This document shows positions 1 to 6,630 of a DNA stretch of 64,000 nucleotides, piece after piece (within the stretch, counting starts at the first letter, position 1; each line of letters starts with the position of its first letter). This DNA comes from Eubacteriales bacterium. Lineage in GTDB: Bacteria; Bacillota; Clostridia; Oscillospirales; CAG-272. Below the pieces are notes generated by a model, which was given only the letters and a program-made list of their open reading frames with translations, did no database searches and had not been told where the DNA came from. The translations under genes were made by a program, and so were the position numbers. The DNA is taken from positions 22,126-86,125 of the forward strand of contig JAZNDG010000067.1 in assembly GCA_045587985.1 (NCBI GenBank). Direction: 5' to 3'.

Positions 1-248
1 AGCGTGTAGATCATATCCTTGACAAAGCATTTGTCCGAGCGAAGCCCGTGGACGGCGACCTGTTTGCAGTACCATTTCTTATAGCGGCATTTGACCGCCA
101 CCGTCACCTTCACAAGCTCGCCGTCGTTCTTCGTCAGATAAGAATAAAAGCGGGTCATCCCGTCTTGCTTTTCGTATTTCTGCTTATCCATTCGCTCGAT
201 CTTTTTGAGGATGTACTTCGGGATCGGCTTAATCTTTTCGAAGGTCAT
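1..248 (-). CDS. Hypothetical conjugative-element protein, N-terminal part only (gene runs off the left edge)
   Basis: The minus strand from the ATG at 248 reads MTFEKIKPIPKYILKKIERMDKQKYEKQDGMTRFYSYLTKNDGELVKVTVAVKCRYKKWYCKQVAVHGLRSDKCFVKDMIYT with no stop before position 1. An ATGA stop/start overlap links it to the upstream gene (245-248). It is absent from the ORF track because it is truncated. It may be PcfJ-like, given its position after a PcfK-like gene, but this is unverified. Confidence 0.5.
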   Translation of the reverse strand, partial: MTFEKIKPIPKYILKKIERMDKQKYEKQDGMTRFYSYLTKNDGELVKVTVAVKCRYKKWYCKQVAVHGLRSDKCFVKDMIYT

Positions 249-1294
249 ACCATCACCCAATCCTTTCCGAAGAAGCGCGTCAGCACCTCGTCAAATTCGC
301 CGCCCTTTTGGGGCTCGTCAAAGACCTCACCGGTCGCGGTATTGATTACCATTGTAGGTTCCTCACTTTCTTGTCTTAATAGCACTTTTTCGTCCTCACT
401 CTCAATCAGATAGACGGGAGCGAGCGCGCAGATCTTTTCGAGATAGATATCTTTTCTATGGAAGGGAAAGCCAATCATCGGGATTTTGCCAAGCGGCCCT
501 CCGTCGCGTTGTACGACAACTAAATCCACCGCTTCGCCAACACGAGCCGCGTTCTTGCCAAGCACCTCATAGAAGTCACCAACGTGCATGACGACGATTG
601 CCTCCGGTTCCTCGTCTGCATAGCCCCGATACCGAGTGATGATAGGCGGGATGGGTCTCGGCTCTTCCTCGTCGATATCTCCGTCATAGTCCTCGCTGTT
701 TTCTTCTTCTACAACGTCGGCAGCTTCATCCTCGTCTTCATCATCCTCCAAATCCGAGCCCCAATGCCGACGTCCCCAATCCCCTTCGGTGCCTGGCATC
801 GGTACAAGTCTGTGGGGATCGTCCTCTTCCTCGGGCTCATCCTCGGCGGTTGTGGTCGGGATCGTTGCCGCAGGCTCTCCAAGCGAGTCAAAGAGCGAGA
901 TCTGTCCGCCCTCTTTCTTCTTGACAGGAGTAGGCGGGGGAGTGATGGTCTTTGGCGCGCTCTTCTTCACGGCGGGCTTGTATTCGGTACCGTCTTCATT
1001 GTAGAGCTTGCCTATGATATCGTCCTCTTCAAAGTAGTGGATAGCCCAGCCAAATACCGTATCGCTTTTGATACACGCGAAATGGGCGCCTTTTTCGGCT
1101 TGTTTACGGGCTTCGTCCGAGGCAAACGCCATAAAGCCGGCAAGATCCTTTTTATTAAGTAGCCGTTTGCCGTCCTTTTCGATATACACGCCGTTATTGA
1201 TCTTCTCGGCAAGCACCTCGCTTGCGTTCTCCTCAAGGTATGCCTTGATCGCTTCCTGCTCAGCGCCCTTTGCTTCAAGTTTTATCTCTCTCAT
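245..1294 (-). CDS. Fusion protein: PcfK-like/AcrIIA9-like N-terminal domain, acidic linker, MutS-domain-I-like C-terminal domain
   Basis: 349 aa. The N-terminus (IKAYLEENA, VFGWAIHYFEEDDI, ISLFD) resembles the PcfK-like/Cas9-inhibitor AcrIIA9 family. The middle is an acidic low-complexity stretch (DLEDDEDEDEAADVVEEENSEDYDGDIDEEE). The C-terminus, VVMHVGDFYEVLGKNAARVGEAVDLVVVQRDGGPLGKIPMIGFPFHRKDIYLEKI, parallels E. coli MutS residues ~27-90 ([23 protein letters not shown]). An RBS-like GGGAGAAAGGA lies upstream. Confidence 0.7.
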   Translation of the reverse strand: MREIKLEAKGAEQEAIKAYLEENASEVLAEKINNGVYIEKDGKRLLNKKDLAGFMAFASDEARKQAEKGAHFACIKSDTVFGWAIHYFEEDDIIGKLYNEDGTEYKPAVKKSAPKTITPPPTPVKKKEGGQISLFDSLGEPAATIPTTTAEDEPEEEDDPHRLVPMPGTEGDWGRRHWGSDLEDDEDEDEAADVVEEENSEDYDGDIDEEEPRPIPPIITRYRGYADEEPEAIVVMHVGDFYEVLGKNAARVGEAVDLVVVQRDGGPLGKIPMIGFPFHRKDIYLEKICALAPVYLIESEDEKVLLRQESEEPTMVINTATGEVFDEPQKGGEFDEVLTRFFGKDWVMV

Positions 1295-1335
1295 TATCCT
1301 TTCTCCCTTCTTGTCTTATAAATGAAAAAAGCCCC

Positions 1336-1530
1336 TCAAAAGGGCACCTCTCGCCATATCCCGGCGCGGTATTCAGATTTCTTAATGGGAACGATATGTA
1401 CGGGACGGGAATTGGCTTCGTATCGCTTGAGCGACCTTACTGCCTCATTTGCCTGTTGATGCGTATAGGTTTTGAAGCGATAATTTCCTTTGCTATTGTC
1501 ATAGCAGATTTTATAGCCGTATTTGTTCAT
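1336..1530 (-). CDS. Small hypothetical protein (64 aa)
   Basis: The ORF track gives 1336-1587. I chose the internal start MNKYGYKICYDNSKGNYRF at 1530 because it forms a 4-nt overlap with the stop of the upstream gene (1527). No recognisable domain. Confidence 0.45.
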   Translation of the reverse strand: MNKYGYKICYDNSKGNYRFKTYTHQQANEAVRSLKRYEANSRPVHIVPIKKSEYRAGIWREVPF

Positions 1531-2072
1531 ACGCCTACCCCGTATACCCGTTTTGCCATATAGGGCAGCCCCGAGTAGATGTTGCATCCCATAATCGTCT
1601 GATGCAGGGCTCTATCGCAGGCGAAGTAGTTCTTGTCTGCCAACTCTGTGCCTTTCTTTGTCAGGCGTCGAAGCTCGTAGTAATCACGCCCATCGTGATG
1701 ATAGCCGGTGACATACAGATGACCGTTTTCGTCATAGATGCAGATGCCGTCAAGGTGACGGATGCAGGTGTAGAAGTCATCGACCGAGCGAATGAATTTG
1801 CCGCCCTCGGCAGGTCCATCCCAACGACCGCAGGTGCCTGTCAGCAGATACGGCTCGTCCCGCTCAAGCAACCATTCAAGGTCTGCGCGGAAAGACGACC
1901 AATCTGCTTCGTGGCACGCCCGGATTTCATCATAGACAAGCTCTGTGGGAACGTCCTCAAGGCTTTCCCATTCCTGTTCCTCGGCCTGATCTTCGTAGAG
2001 ATAGAACCGAGTCTCGTCCATAAGGTCATAATCGTGCGTATTATCGTAGAATACGGTTTTCGTCTTTTTCAT
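1527..2072 (-). CDS. Hypothetical island protein (181 aa)
   Basis: Intact ORF co-oriented with and packed against its neighbours. AAGGAG-type RBS (aaggagcttgccATG). No domain recognised by eye. Confidence 0.65.
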   Translation of the reverse strand: MKKTKTVFYDNTHDYDLMDETRFYLYEDQAEEQEWESLEDVPTELVYDEIRACHEADWSSFRADLEWLLERDEPYLLTGTCGRWDGPAEGGKFIRSVDDFYTCIRHLDGICIYDENGHLYVTGYHHDGRDYYELRRLTKKGTELADKNYFACDRALHQTIMGCNIYSGLPYMAKRVYGVGV

Positions 2073-2086
2073 GGCAAGCTCCTTTC

Positions 2087-2344
2087 TTAGTCATCCAACT
2101 GATCGCGAAGCAAGTCCAATACCTCGTCTTCAATGTCAAGATCATCAATCTCTTCGTCGATGATATCTTCTACAACACTCTGAATGAAGGGAGTGATATC
2201 TACCTTTTCAATCTTGCTGCGCAGGCGTGTATCAATGATGCCGCCAATGTCGATAGAGCCGAGGGCATCATCAATAGCGTCCTCAAAATCATAATTTTCA
2301 ATACACTCTCGGATGGACTCTGTGATGCGTCTTTTAATGTTCAT
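2087..2344 (-). CDS. Very acidic mini-protein (85 aa), candidate DNA mimic/anti-defence factor
   Basis: By my count, 27 of 85 residues are D/E and 9 are K/R. The C-terminus reads VVEDIIDEEIDDLDIEDEVLDLLRDQLDD. It lies in the same operon as ArdA. Confidence 0.6.
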   Translation of the reverse strand: MNIKRRITESIRECIENYDFEDAIDDALGSIDIGGIIDTRLRSKIEKVDITPFIQSVVEDIIDEEIDDLDIEDEVLDLLRDQLDD

Positions 2345-2374
2345 AGTATAGTCTCCTTTACATTATATGGTTTT

Positions 2375-2665
2375 TTAGAATGCTTCCGGATCGTCTGCTT
2401 CATCGCAGTAGTCCTCAAGGTCATCCAGAAGGACGAGAGGAGTGGGAGTATCAAGCGTACCCATACAGTAGTCATAATCGTAGAAGTTTGCAGTACGCCG
2501 ATTGATGGCTTCGAGGATGTGAATGGCGAGATAGAGGTTTTCGTCCTTGATCTTTTCAATGGCAAACTCTTTCAAGGTCTCGTAGGTCGTAATGGTATCG
2601 ACCTCGGCGAGCAGTTGGCTGACGGCATCCTCAAACACCATCTTTTTCAATTCAAGTTTCGTCAT
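2375..2665 (-). CDS. Small hypothetical protein with acidic C-terminal tail (96 aa)
   Basis: ORF with the tail LLDDLEDYCDEADDPEAF. A 4-nt overlap links it to the upstream gene (2662-2665). Confidence 0.6.
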   Translation of the reverse strand: MTKLELKKMVFEDAVSQLLAEVDTITTYETLKEFAIEKIKDENLYLAIHILEAINRRTANFYDYDYCMGTLDTPTPLVLLDDLEDYCDEADDPEAF

Positions 2666-2910
2666 TTTTTGTATTCCTCCATATATCTTTTGAATTGGGT
2701 TTCGTTTTCAAGGATCTGCATGATCTCGGGCATAATCGCTTCTTTCGTCTTTCCGACACACCCGAGAATCAGCAGATTGGTGTTGCTCCCGAACAATCTT
2801 CGGAAGGCATAATCAAGGATCATTTCTATCTCGTGATCCCGATGCTCGCTTGTGAAGTTGATAGCGAACAAAGCGGTAAGGATGGCTTGTACCTCTTTTG
2901 TGTTTTTCAT
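2662..2910 (-). CDS. Small hypothetical protein (82 aa)
   Basis: Intact ORF in the operon. Its start is 6 nt after the ArdA stop. No domain recognised. Confidence 0.55.
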   Translation of the reverse strand: MKNTKEVQAILTALFAINFTSEHRDHEIEMILDYAFRRLFGSNTNLLILGCVGKTKEAIMPEIMQILENETQFKRYMEEYKK

Positions 2911-2915
2911 ATCGG

Positions 2916-3458
2916 TTACCTCACAATCTCGATGATGCCACCGCTATATTCTTCGCAGTAGTCCGAGCCGATGTATCTGCCGTAGGCCTCAAAATCAAAG
3001 AAGTATTCAAGGCTTTCGTCAATCGTGTTTCCGCAGACGTTGAACATCTCACGACCGTAATCCTCCCAGCTAAAGTTGCGATACAAATTGATATCGTCCC
3101 CCCACCGGGGACCGTGATCGTCGACGAGCTGCATAAAATCGTCGAAATCGCGCACTTCAAGGAATGCTTCAAGAAGGTCAAACTGATAAGTATCATCAAG
3201 CACGTCGGAAAGCTTTAATACCTCAAACAATCTTTCGGGGTTCATGTAATCCCAATGTGCTGCCGAGGAATCAATACCGTCAATGTCCTGAATAAACAAT
3301 TCCTCGTCGATACCGTCAAGCTCAAATCCTTCGCTCTCAAGCTCATTGAGAATGTCTTCCCAACACTCATAATCAGCAAGCTGTAGCCACTTGCTCCCAA
3401 GGGCCCTTTCGTTGCATTCGTTGTAAGAGCCCCATGATCCTATGACTACCGATATCAT
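2916..3458 (-). CDS. ardA: ArdA-like anti-restriction protein
   Basis: 180 aa and strongly acidic. The N-terminus IGSWGSYNECNERALGSKWLQL and the C-terminus FDFEAYGRYIGSDYCEEYSGGIIEI match the ArdA pattern (LGxYNEG...W and EAYGRDL...GGxxxx) from memory. Confidence 0.7.
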   Translation of the reverse strand: MISVVIGSWGSYNECNERALGSKWLQLADYECWEDILNELESEGFELDGIDEELFIQDIDGIDSSAAHWDYMNPERLFEVLKLSDVLDDTYQFDLLEAFLEVRDFDDFMQLVDDHGPRWGDDINLYRNFSWEDYGREMFNVCGNTIDESLEYFFDFEAYGRYIGSDYCEEYSGGIIEIVR

Positions 3459-3790
3459 TAGTCATCACCTCCGGCAAGATCCCGAACGGTTGCACCCTCT
3501 TTCACATACAGATCTCGTTCCAGAGGGAACTTGCATCCCCAAAGGTCAACCATCGTGTTCTGGATTTCCGATAACAGGACATAGCCCCATTCCCATTCAA
3601 GGATGTGGCAGTATCCAAACAAGAGCCAATCTCCGTCCTCTTGCTGTTCTGCTTCTGTGATCAGCCAAGTACCTGCCCCGTAGGGGTTGAAATACTTGAC
3701 AAGTACCTCTGCATCCTTACCCTGACTCTCCTTTGAGTAAAGAGGGCAGAAAAGTGCCTTTTTCTCAATTTCTGCATTCCAAAGTTCCAT
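3458..3790 (-). CDS. DUF2958 domain protein
   Basis: 110 aa. The motif series LYSKESQGKDAEVLVKYFNPYGAGTWLITEAE...FGYCHILEWEWGYVLLSEI...PLERDLY matches the DUF2958 family pattern seen on plasmids and ICEs. Confidence 0.7.
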   Translation of the reverse strand: MELWNAEIEKKALFCPLYSKESQGKDAEVLVKYFNPYGAGTWLITEAEQQEDGDWLLFGYCHILEWEWGYVLLSEIQNTMVDLWGCKFPLERDLYVKEGATVRDLAGGDD

Positions 3791-3806
3791 TTTTGTTTCT
3801 CCTTTT

Positions 3807-4028
3807 TTAATCTGTGTAAAGTTTGACTCTAAAGTACCGATTTGCGTTGATCATTGTGTGGCTGCCGAAGTAATGCTGATTATCTTCCATACAAAGCTTA
3901 ATCAACTGCTCTTCCGTAATGCGTCCATAAGCATCTTCCCGGAGCCTTCCGGAATAGCCTATACTCGCGTGTCCTTTCTCCACTTGGAGATATTCAAAGA
4001 CAGCCCTTTGCGAATGAGACATTAACAC
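3807..4028 (-). CDS. Small hypothetical protein (73 aa)
   Basis: An ORF with a GTG start 8 nt after AGGAGG. That start immediately follows the TAA of the restored upstream reading frame (TAAGTG). Confidence 0.5.
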   Translation of the reverse strand: MLMSHSQRAVFEYLQVEKGHASIGYSGRLREDAYGRITEEQLIKLCMEDNQHYFGSHTMINANRYFRVKLYTD

Positions 4029-4263
4029 TTAACTTACCTCCTTAAAATCTTTTATTCTTAACTTCTCATATTCACATCCATACTCGAAGTAAAGTCCTTT
4101 TTCATCCGAACGAAGATCGTAGGTTACCACAGTGATTTTCCCACGGTTCGTCAGGGCGAGAGTAATCTCGCCCCTTTTTCATACTGAGGGATATAATATT
4201 GAAAACGATGAAGGCTTCTCCATCGTAGATTTCAAGCTCGTGAAGGTATTTGGTTTGTTCCAT
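4029..4263 (-). pseudogene. Small island gene interrupted by a +1 frameshift in an A5G4 homopolymer run
   Basis: From the ATG at 4263 (RBS AAAGGAG) the frame reads MEQTKYLHELEIYDGEAFIVFNIISLSMKK, then drifts to a stop at 4102. Removing 1 nt in the minus-strand run AAAAAGGGG (plus 4171-4179) gives GEITLALTNRGKITVVTYDLRSDEKGLYFEYGCEYEKLRIKDFKEVS. That frame ends at TAA 4029-4031, directly abutting the next gene start. The total of 235 nt equals 78 codons plus 1. Confidence 0.6.
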
Positions 4264-4277
4264 TTTGAGTTCTCCTT

Positions 4278-4577
4278 TCACTCTGCGTATTTGAACCAAA
4301 GATTGTAGTTCATCTCGATTTCGCGCTTTTCATATCCGGAGTTTTCCGTTTCGATGTCGATCTCACGGATCTCGTAGTAGGAACCTGCGAATTCATCCTG
4401 TCTGTTCAGGACCGAGTGACAGTATTTAACGGCACCCGTGAAAACTCTGATGTACGGCTTGCCTGCCTTGCTGATGGCAGGGATCAAAAGATCTTCATCG
4501 GTTACATAACCGACACCGGTTGTTTTGAAGTTCTCATGTCTACCAATCCTCGTTACGCTGAATACAACCTTTTTCAT
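4278..4577 (-). CDS. Hypothetical protein (99 aa), first gene of the ardA-containing operon
   Basis: Intact ORF with AAGGAG upstream, preceded by a ~400-bp non-coding region. Confidence 0.6.
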   Translation of the reverse strand: MKKVVFSVTRIGRHENFKTTGVGYVTDEDLLIPAISKAGKPYIRVFTGAVKYCHSVLNRQDEFAGSYYEIREIDIETENSGYEKREIEMNYNLWFKYAE

Positions 4578-4606
4578 TTTTTCTTAACTCCTTTTTCTTT
4601 GTTTTT

Positions 4607-4869
4607 GTTTTTTCGCCTTTCGGCACCCCCGCGAGGTGTAGCATGGTCCGGTAATCCCTTGCCTTTTTCCTGTCGCGTTGGTAAATATCAATGGTGTTAC
4701 TTTCTTTCAAATCTCGATAAGGTCAATTGTCTGCTTTCGGATAAAAGAAAAAGAGCCGGGTGGATACCCGACTCTATTTCTGGGATTATTTTATGTTCTC
4801 GGCTGAGAATTGACTCCATTGATATTTACGAGGACTATGCTACAACCGACCACCGAAAGGCGCAAAAAC
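4607..4869. repeat. Nested inverted repeats forming a long imperfect palindrome around a terminator hairpin
   Basis: Outer pair: GTTTTTTCGCCTTTCGG (4607-4623) against CCGAAAGGCGCAAAAAC (4853-4869), 16/17 complementary. Middle pair: GTAAATATCAATGG (4681-4694) against CCATTGATATTTAC (4816-4829), 14/14. Inner pair: GTCAATT (4722-4728) against AATTGAC (4808-4814). Centre: the hairpin at 4753-4774. Confidence 0.85.
4741..4774 (-). terminator. Intrinsic terminator downstream of the RT gene
   Basis: The minus strand reads GAGTCGGGT-ATCC-ACCCGGCTC (9-bp stem with one G-U pair) followed by TTTTTCTTTTAT. It is the first terminator after the RT stop, ~215 nt downstream. Confidence 0.7.
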
Positions 4870-4885
4870 CCTCCGTGTCGCGCTC
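4832..4885. repeat. Direct repeat copy A flanking the RT cassette
   Basis: The core CGCAAAAACCCTCCGTGTCGCGCTC (4861-4885) matches 6660-6683 with 1 indel and 1 mismatch. Weaker similarity extends to 4832. Overall, 41 of 54 aligned positions are identical by hand alignment. Confidence 0.8.
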
Positions 4886-4988
4886 ATATTTAGTTGTTGT
4901 TTACCTCCTCAAAATCCTTTTTATTCTACACTGCGATAATAAAACAAGCGACCTTTGGTGCATAAACATCACTTGAAAGCAAGATGCT

Positions 4989-6533
4989 TTATAAGCCTCT
5001 TTTCTCCTTTTCTTCATTATAACTATCAATTTTTGTTGAAATAAAAACATCAATATCTCGAGCGATAGAGCTAATGGGCTTTAAGAATGGTATGTTGTTA
5101 TCCAAATTCAGTTGGTAGAAAGCGCGATAACTATCTTTTTGAGCCGCCTTTTTAGCCTCGAGAGGAATTAAACAATCGGTTCCGCTTTTATCGTAAGTAA
5201 GAAGGAAGTGATAATTTTGCAACCACTCACTTTCTTTTGGTTCATCAAAGCAGGCTTGATATTCCTCTTTACTTATGACATTATCAATCAAGTAGTATGA
5301 AATGAGAATTTGATTTTTAGATCTCAATACTAGTTCTTTGTAATAAACAAACTCTGAATCAAATCCACATATCTTCATTGCATAATAAAAATAAAGTTGC
5401 TCTTCCTGTTTTTCGGTGAACAATGATGACTTGAATCTTGTCTTAATGAAATCCTTGAATTTTGCGTTATCGAATCCATCAATAGTTCTTATTTTGTGTA
5501 AAGAATAAAGAATGGTTTCTGGCATAAGCTTATAGATGTAACATATATGGTTAAAATCGGACTCCGACAAAACATATATTTGCGTATTCATTTCGTGGAA
5601 ATAATATGTTTTGAAAAAGTTTGCTAGGAATATCCGTTTGTACTTCAATTCATGAATTTGACTCAGTCTATAAACGAGTTGCGTAAAAATAGGCGAATGT
5701 ATTTTCTTCCCTTCCAAAATTTGGTGTCCTTGTTTGGCTGCGGCTTCTACCGCCTGATTAATAATTGCTTTCCAAAGCTTTTCAAGGTTGTTGTTTTGGG
5801 TATATTCTTCGAAATCGAATATTTGTGTTTTTTCGTAATTTGTTTCGAGCCCATATTCATCAAGAATTTTGGCAAAAACTTTTTTTATTTTCTCAACATC
5901 GGAATTGTTGCAAAAGAAGTAGAAGTCGTCCGAAAAATATTCATAGTGACAATCTATTCCTAGAGCATGCAGTTCCGAATCCAAATGTACTTCCAATTTG
6001 CTTAATATTAATTCGCCCAAATAAAGAGAAAGATATGACCCTAACAACAGGCCGTTAGTTCTACCATTATTCAAAGAACCTACTCGTTGTTCCAACTTGC
6101 GAGGATCACTGCTAGCATAGCCTAAATCGTGAGTATAAATTCTTCCATAAAAACTCTTTATATCCAAAACCAAGAGTTTATCATATTTGGTGAGATTGAA
6201 TACATCTCGCTTTATAGAATCATAGTAGCTAAAGGCAGAAAATTCTCCTATATCTAGGTTTGGCGCAATTCTCTTTTTGCTACCCATGCGATCAATCGCA
6301 TAGAAATTGGTCTCAGATTCAAAATGCTTTATGGCGTGATAGAAATTAAGTATATTGGGAAAGGATATAGTGCGTTGTGATTCTTCTGTTTTGAAAACTT
6401 TAAATTTAACAGGAGCCGTCCAAGTCAAACTGCCAAAAGGCAAATTATCGACCGCATCAAATCTAACGTTCCGTAGATTAAAAAAGTGGCGAATAGGATT
6501 CTTGAAATTATAAAGATAGTCAAATCGTCTCAT
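4989..6533 (-). CDS. Stand-alone reverse transcriptase, UG/Abi type (AbiA-like), candidate defence RT
   Basis: 514 aa with the RT motifs in the expected order: RTISFPNILNFYHAI; LLVLDIKSFYGRIYTH (motif A Asp); NGLLLGSYLSLYLGELIL (motif B); YEYFSDDFYFF (motif C, an FSDD variant of YxDD); GLETNYEKTQIF (motif D/E). Residues ~250-514 are helix-rich and unassigned, and contain RLSQIH (R-x4-H). RBS AGGAG lies 5 nt before the ATG. The gene is very AT-rich compared with its flanks. Confidence 0.85.
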   Translation of the reverse strand: MRRFDYLYNFKNPIRHFFNLRNVRFDAVDNLPFGSLTWTAPVKFKVFKTEESQRTISFPNILNFYHAIKHFESETNFYAIDRMGSKKRIAPNLDIGEFSAFSYYDSIKRDVFNLTKYDKLLVLDIKSFYGRIYTHDLGYASSDPRKLEQRVGSLNNGRTNGLLLGSYLSLYLGELILSKLEVHLDSELHALGIDCHYEYFSDDFYFFCNNSDVEKIKKVFAKILDEYGLETNYEKTQIFDFEEYTQNNNLEKLWKAIINQAVEAAAKQGHQILEGKKIHSPIFTQLVYRLSQIHELKYKRIFLANFFKTYYFHEMNTQIYVLSESDFNHICYIYKLMPETILYSLHKIRTIDGFDNAKFKDFIKTRFKSSLFTEKQEEQLYFYYAMKICGFDSEFVYYKELVLRSKNQILISYYLIDNVISKEEYQACFDEPKESEWLQNYHFLLTYDKSGTDCLIPLEAKKAAQKDSYRAFYQLNLDNNIPFLKPISSIARDIDVFISTKIDSYNEEKEKRGL

Positions 6534-6565
6534 AGTTGCTCCTGTAATTTATAGCATTCTCATTT

Positions 6566-6594
6566 ATTTTATCATATATTGCAGATCAAATCAA
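6566..6594 (-). promoter_or_regulatory. Sigma-70-type promoter of the RT gene
   Basis: Minus strand: TTGATT (6594-6589), a 17-nt spacer, then TAAAAT (6571-6566), ~30 nt upstream of the RT start codon. Confidence 0.55.
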
Positions 6595-6630
6595 GACAGC
6601 ACTTCGCACGAATGCCGCATTTCGACAAAG

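Noticed and set aside
48-1563. Plus-strand ORFs inside the island (48-413, 584-1162, 789-1004, 1068-1325, 1270-1563).
   Set aside because: They are antisense to the tightly packed minus-strand operon, lack RBSs, and translate to implausible low-complexity or hydrophobic peptides.
4989-6533. Whether the RT is a group II intron RT or a retron RT.
   Set aside because: There is no maturase (X) or endonuclease region. No domain V/VI-like RNA flanks the ORF. The size (514 aa) and C-terminal helical half do not fit retron RTs (~300-350 aa), and I could not find an msr/msd-like inverted repeat pair immediately upstream. This remains a by-eye judgement that profile searches should confirm.
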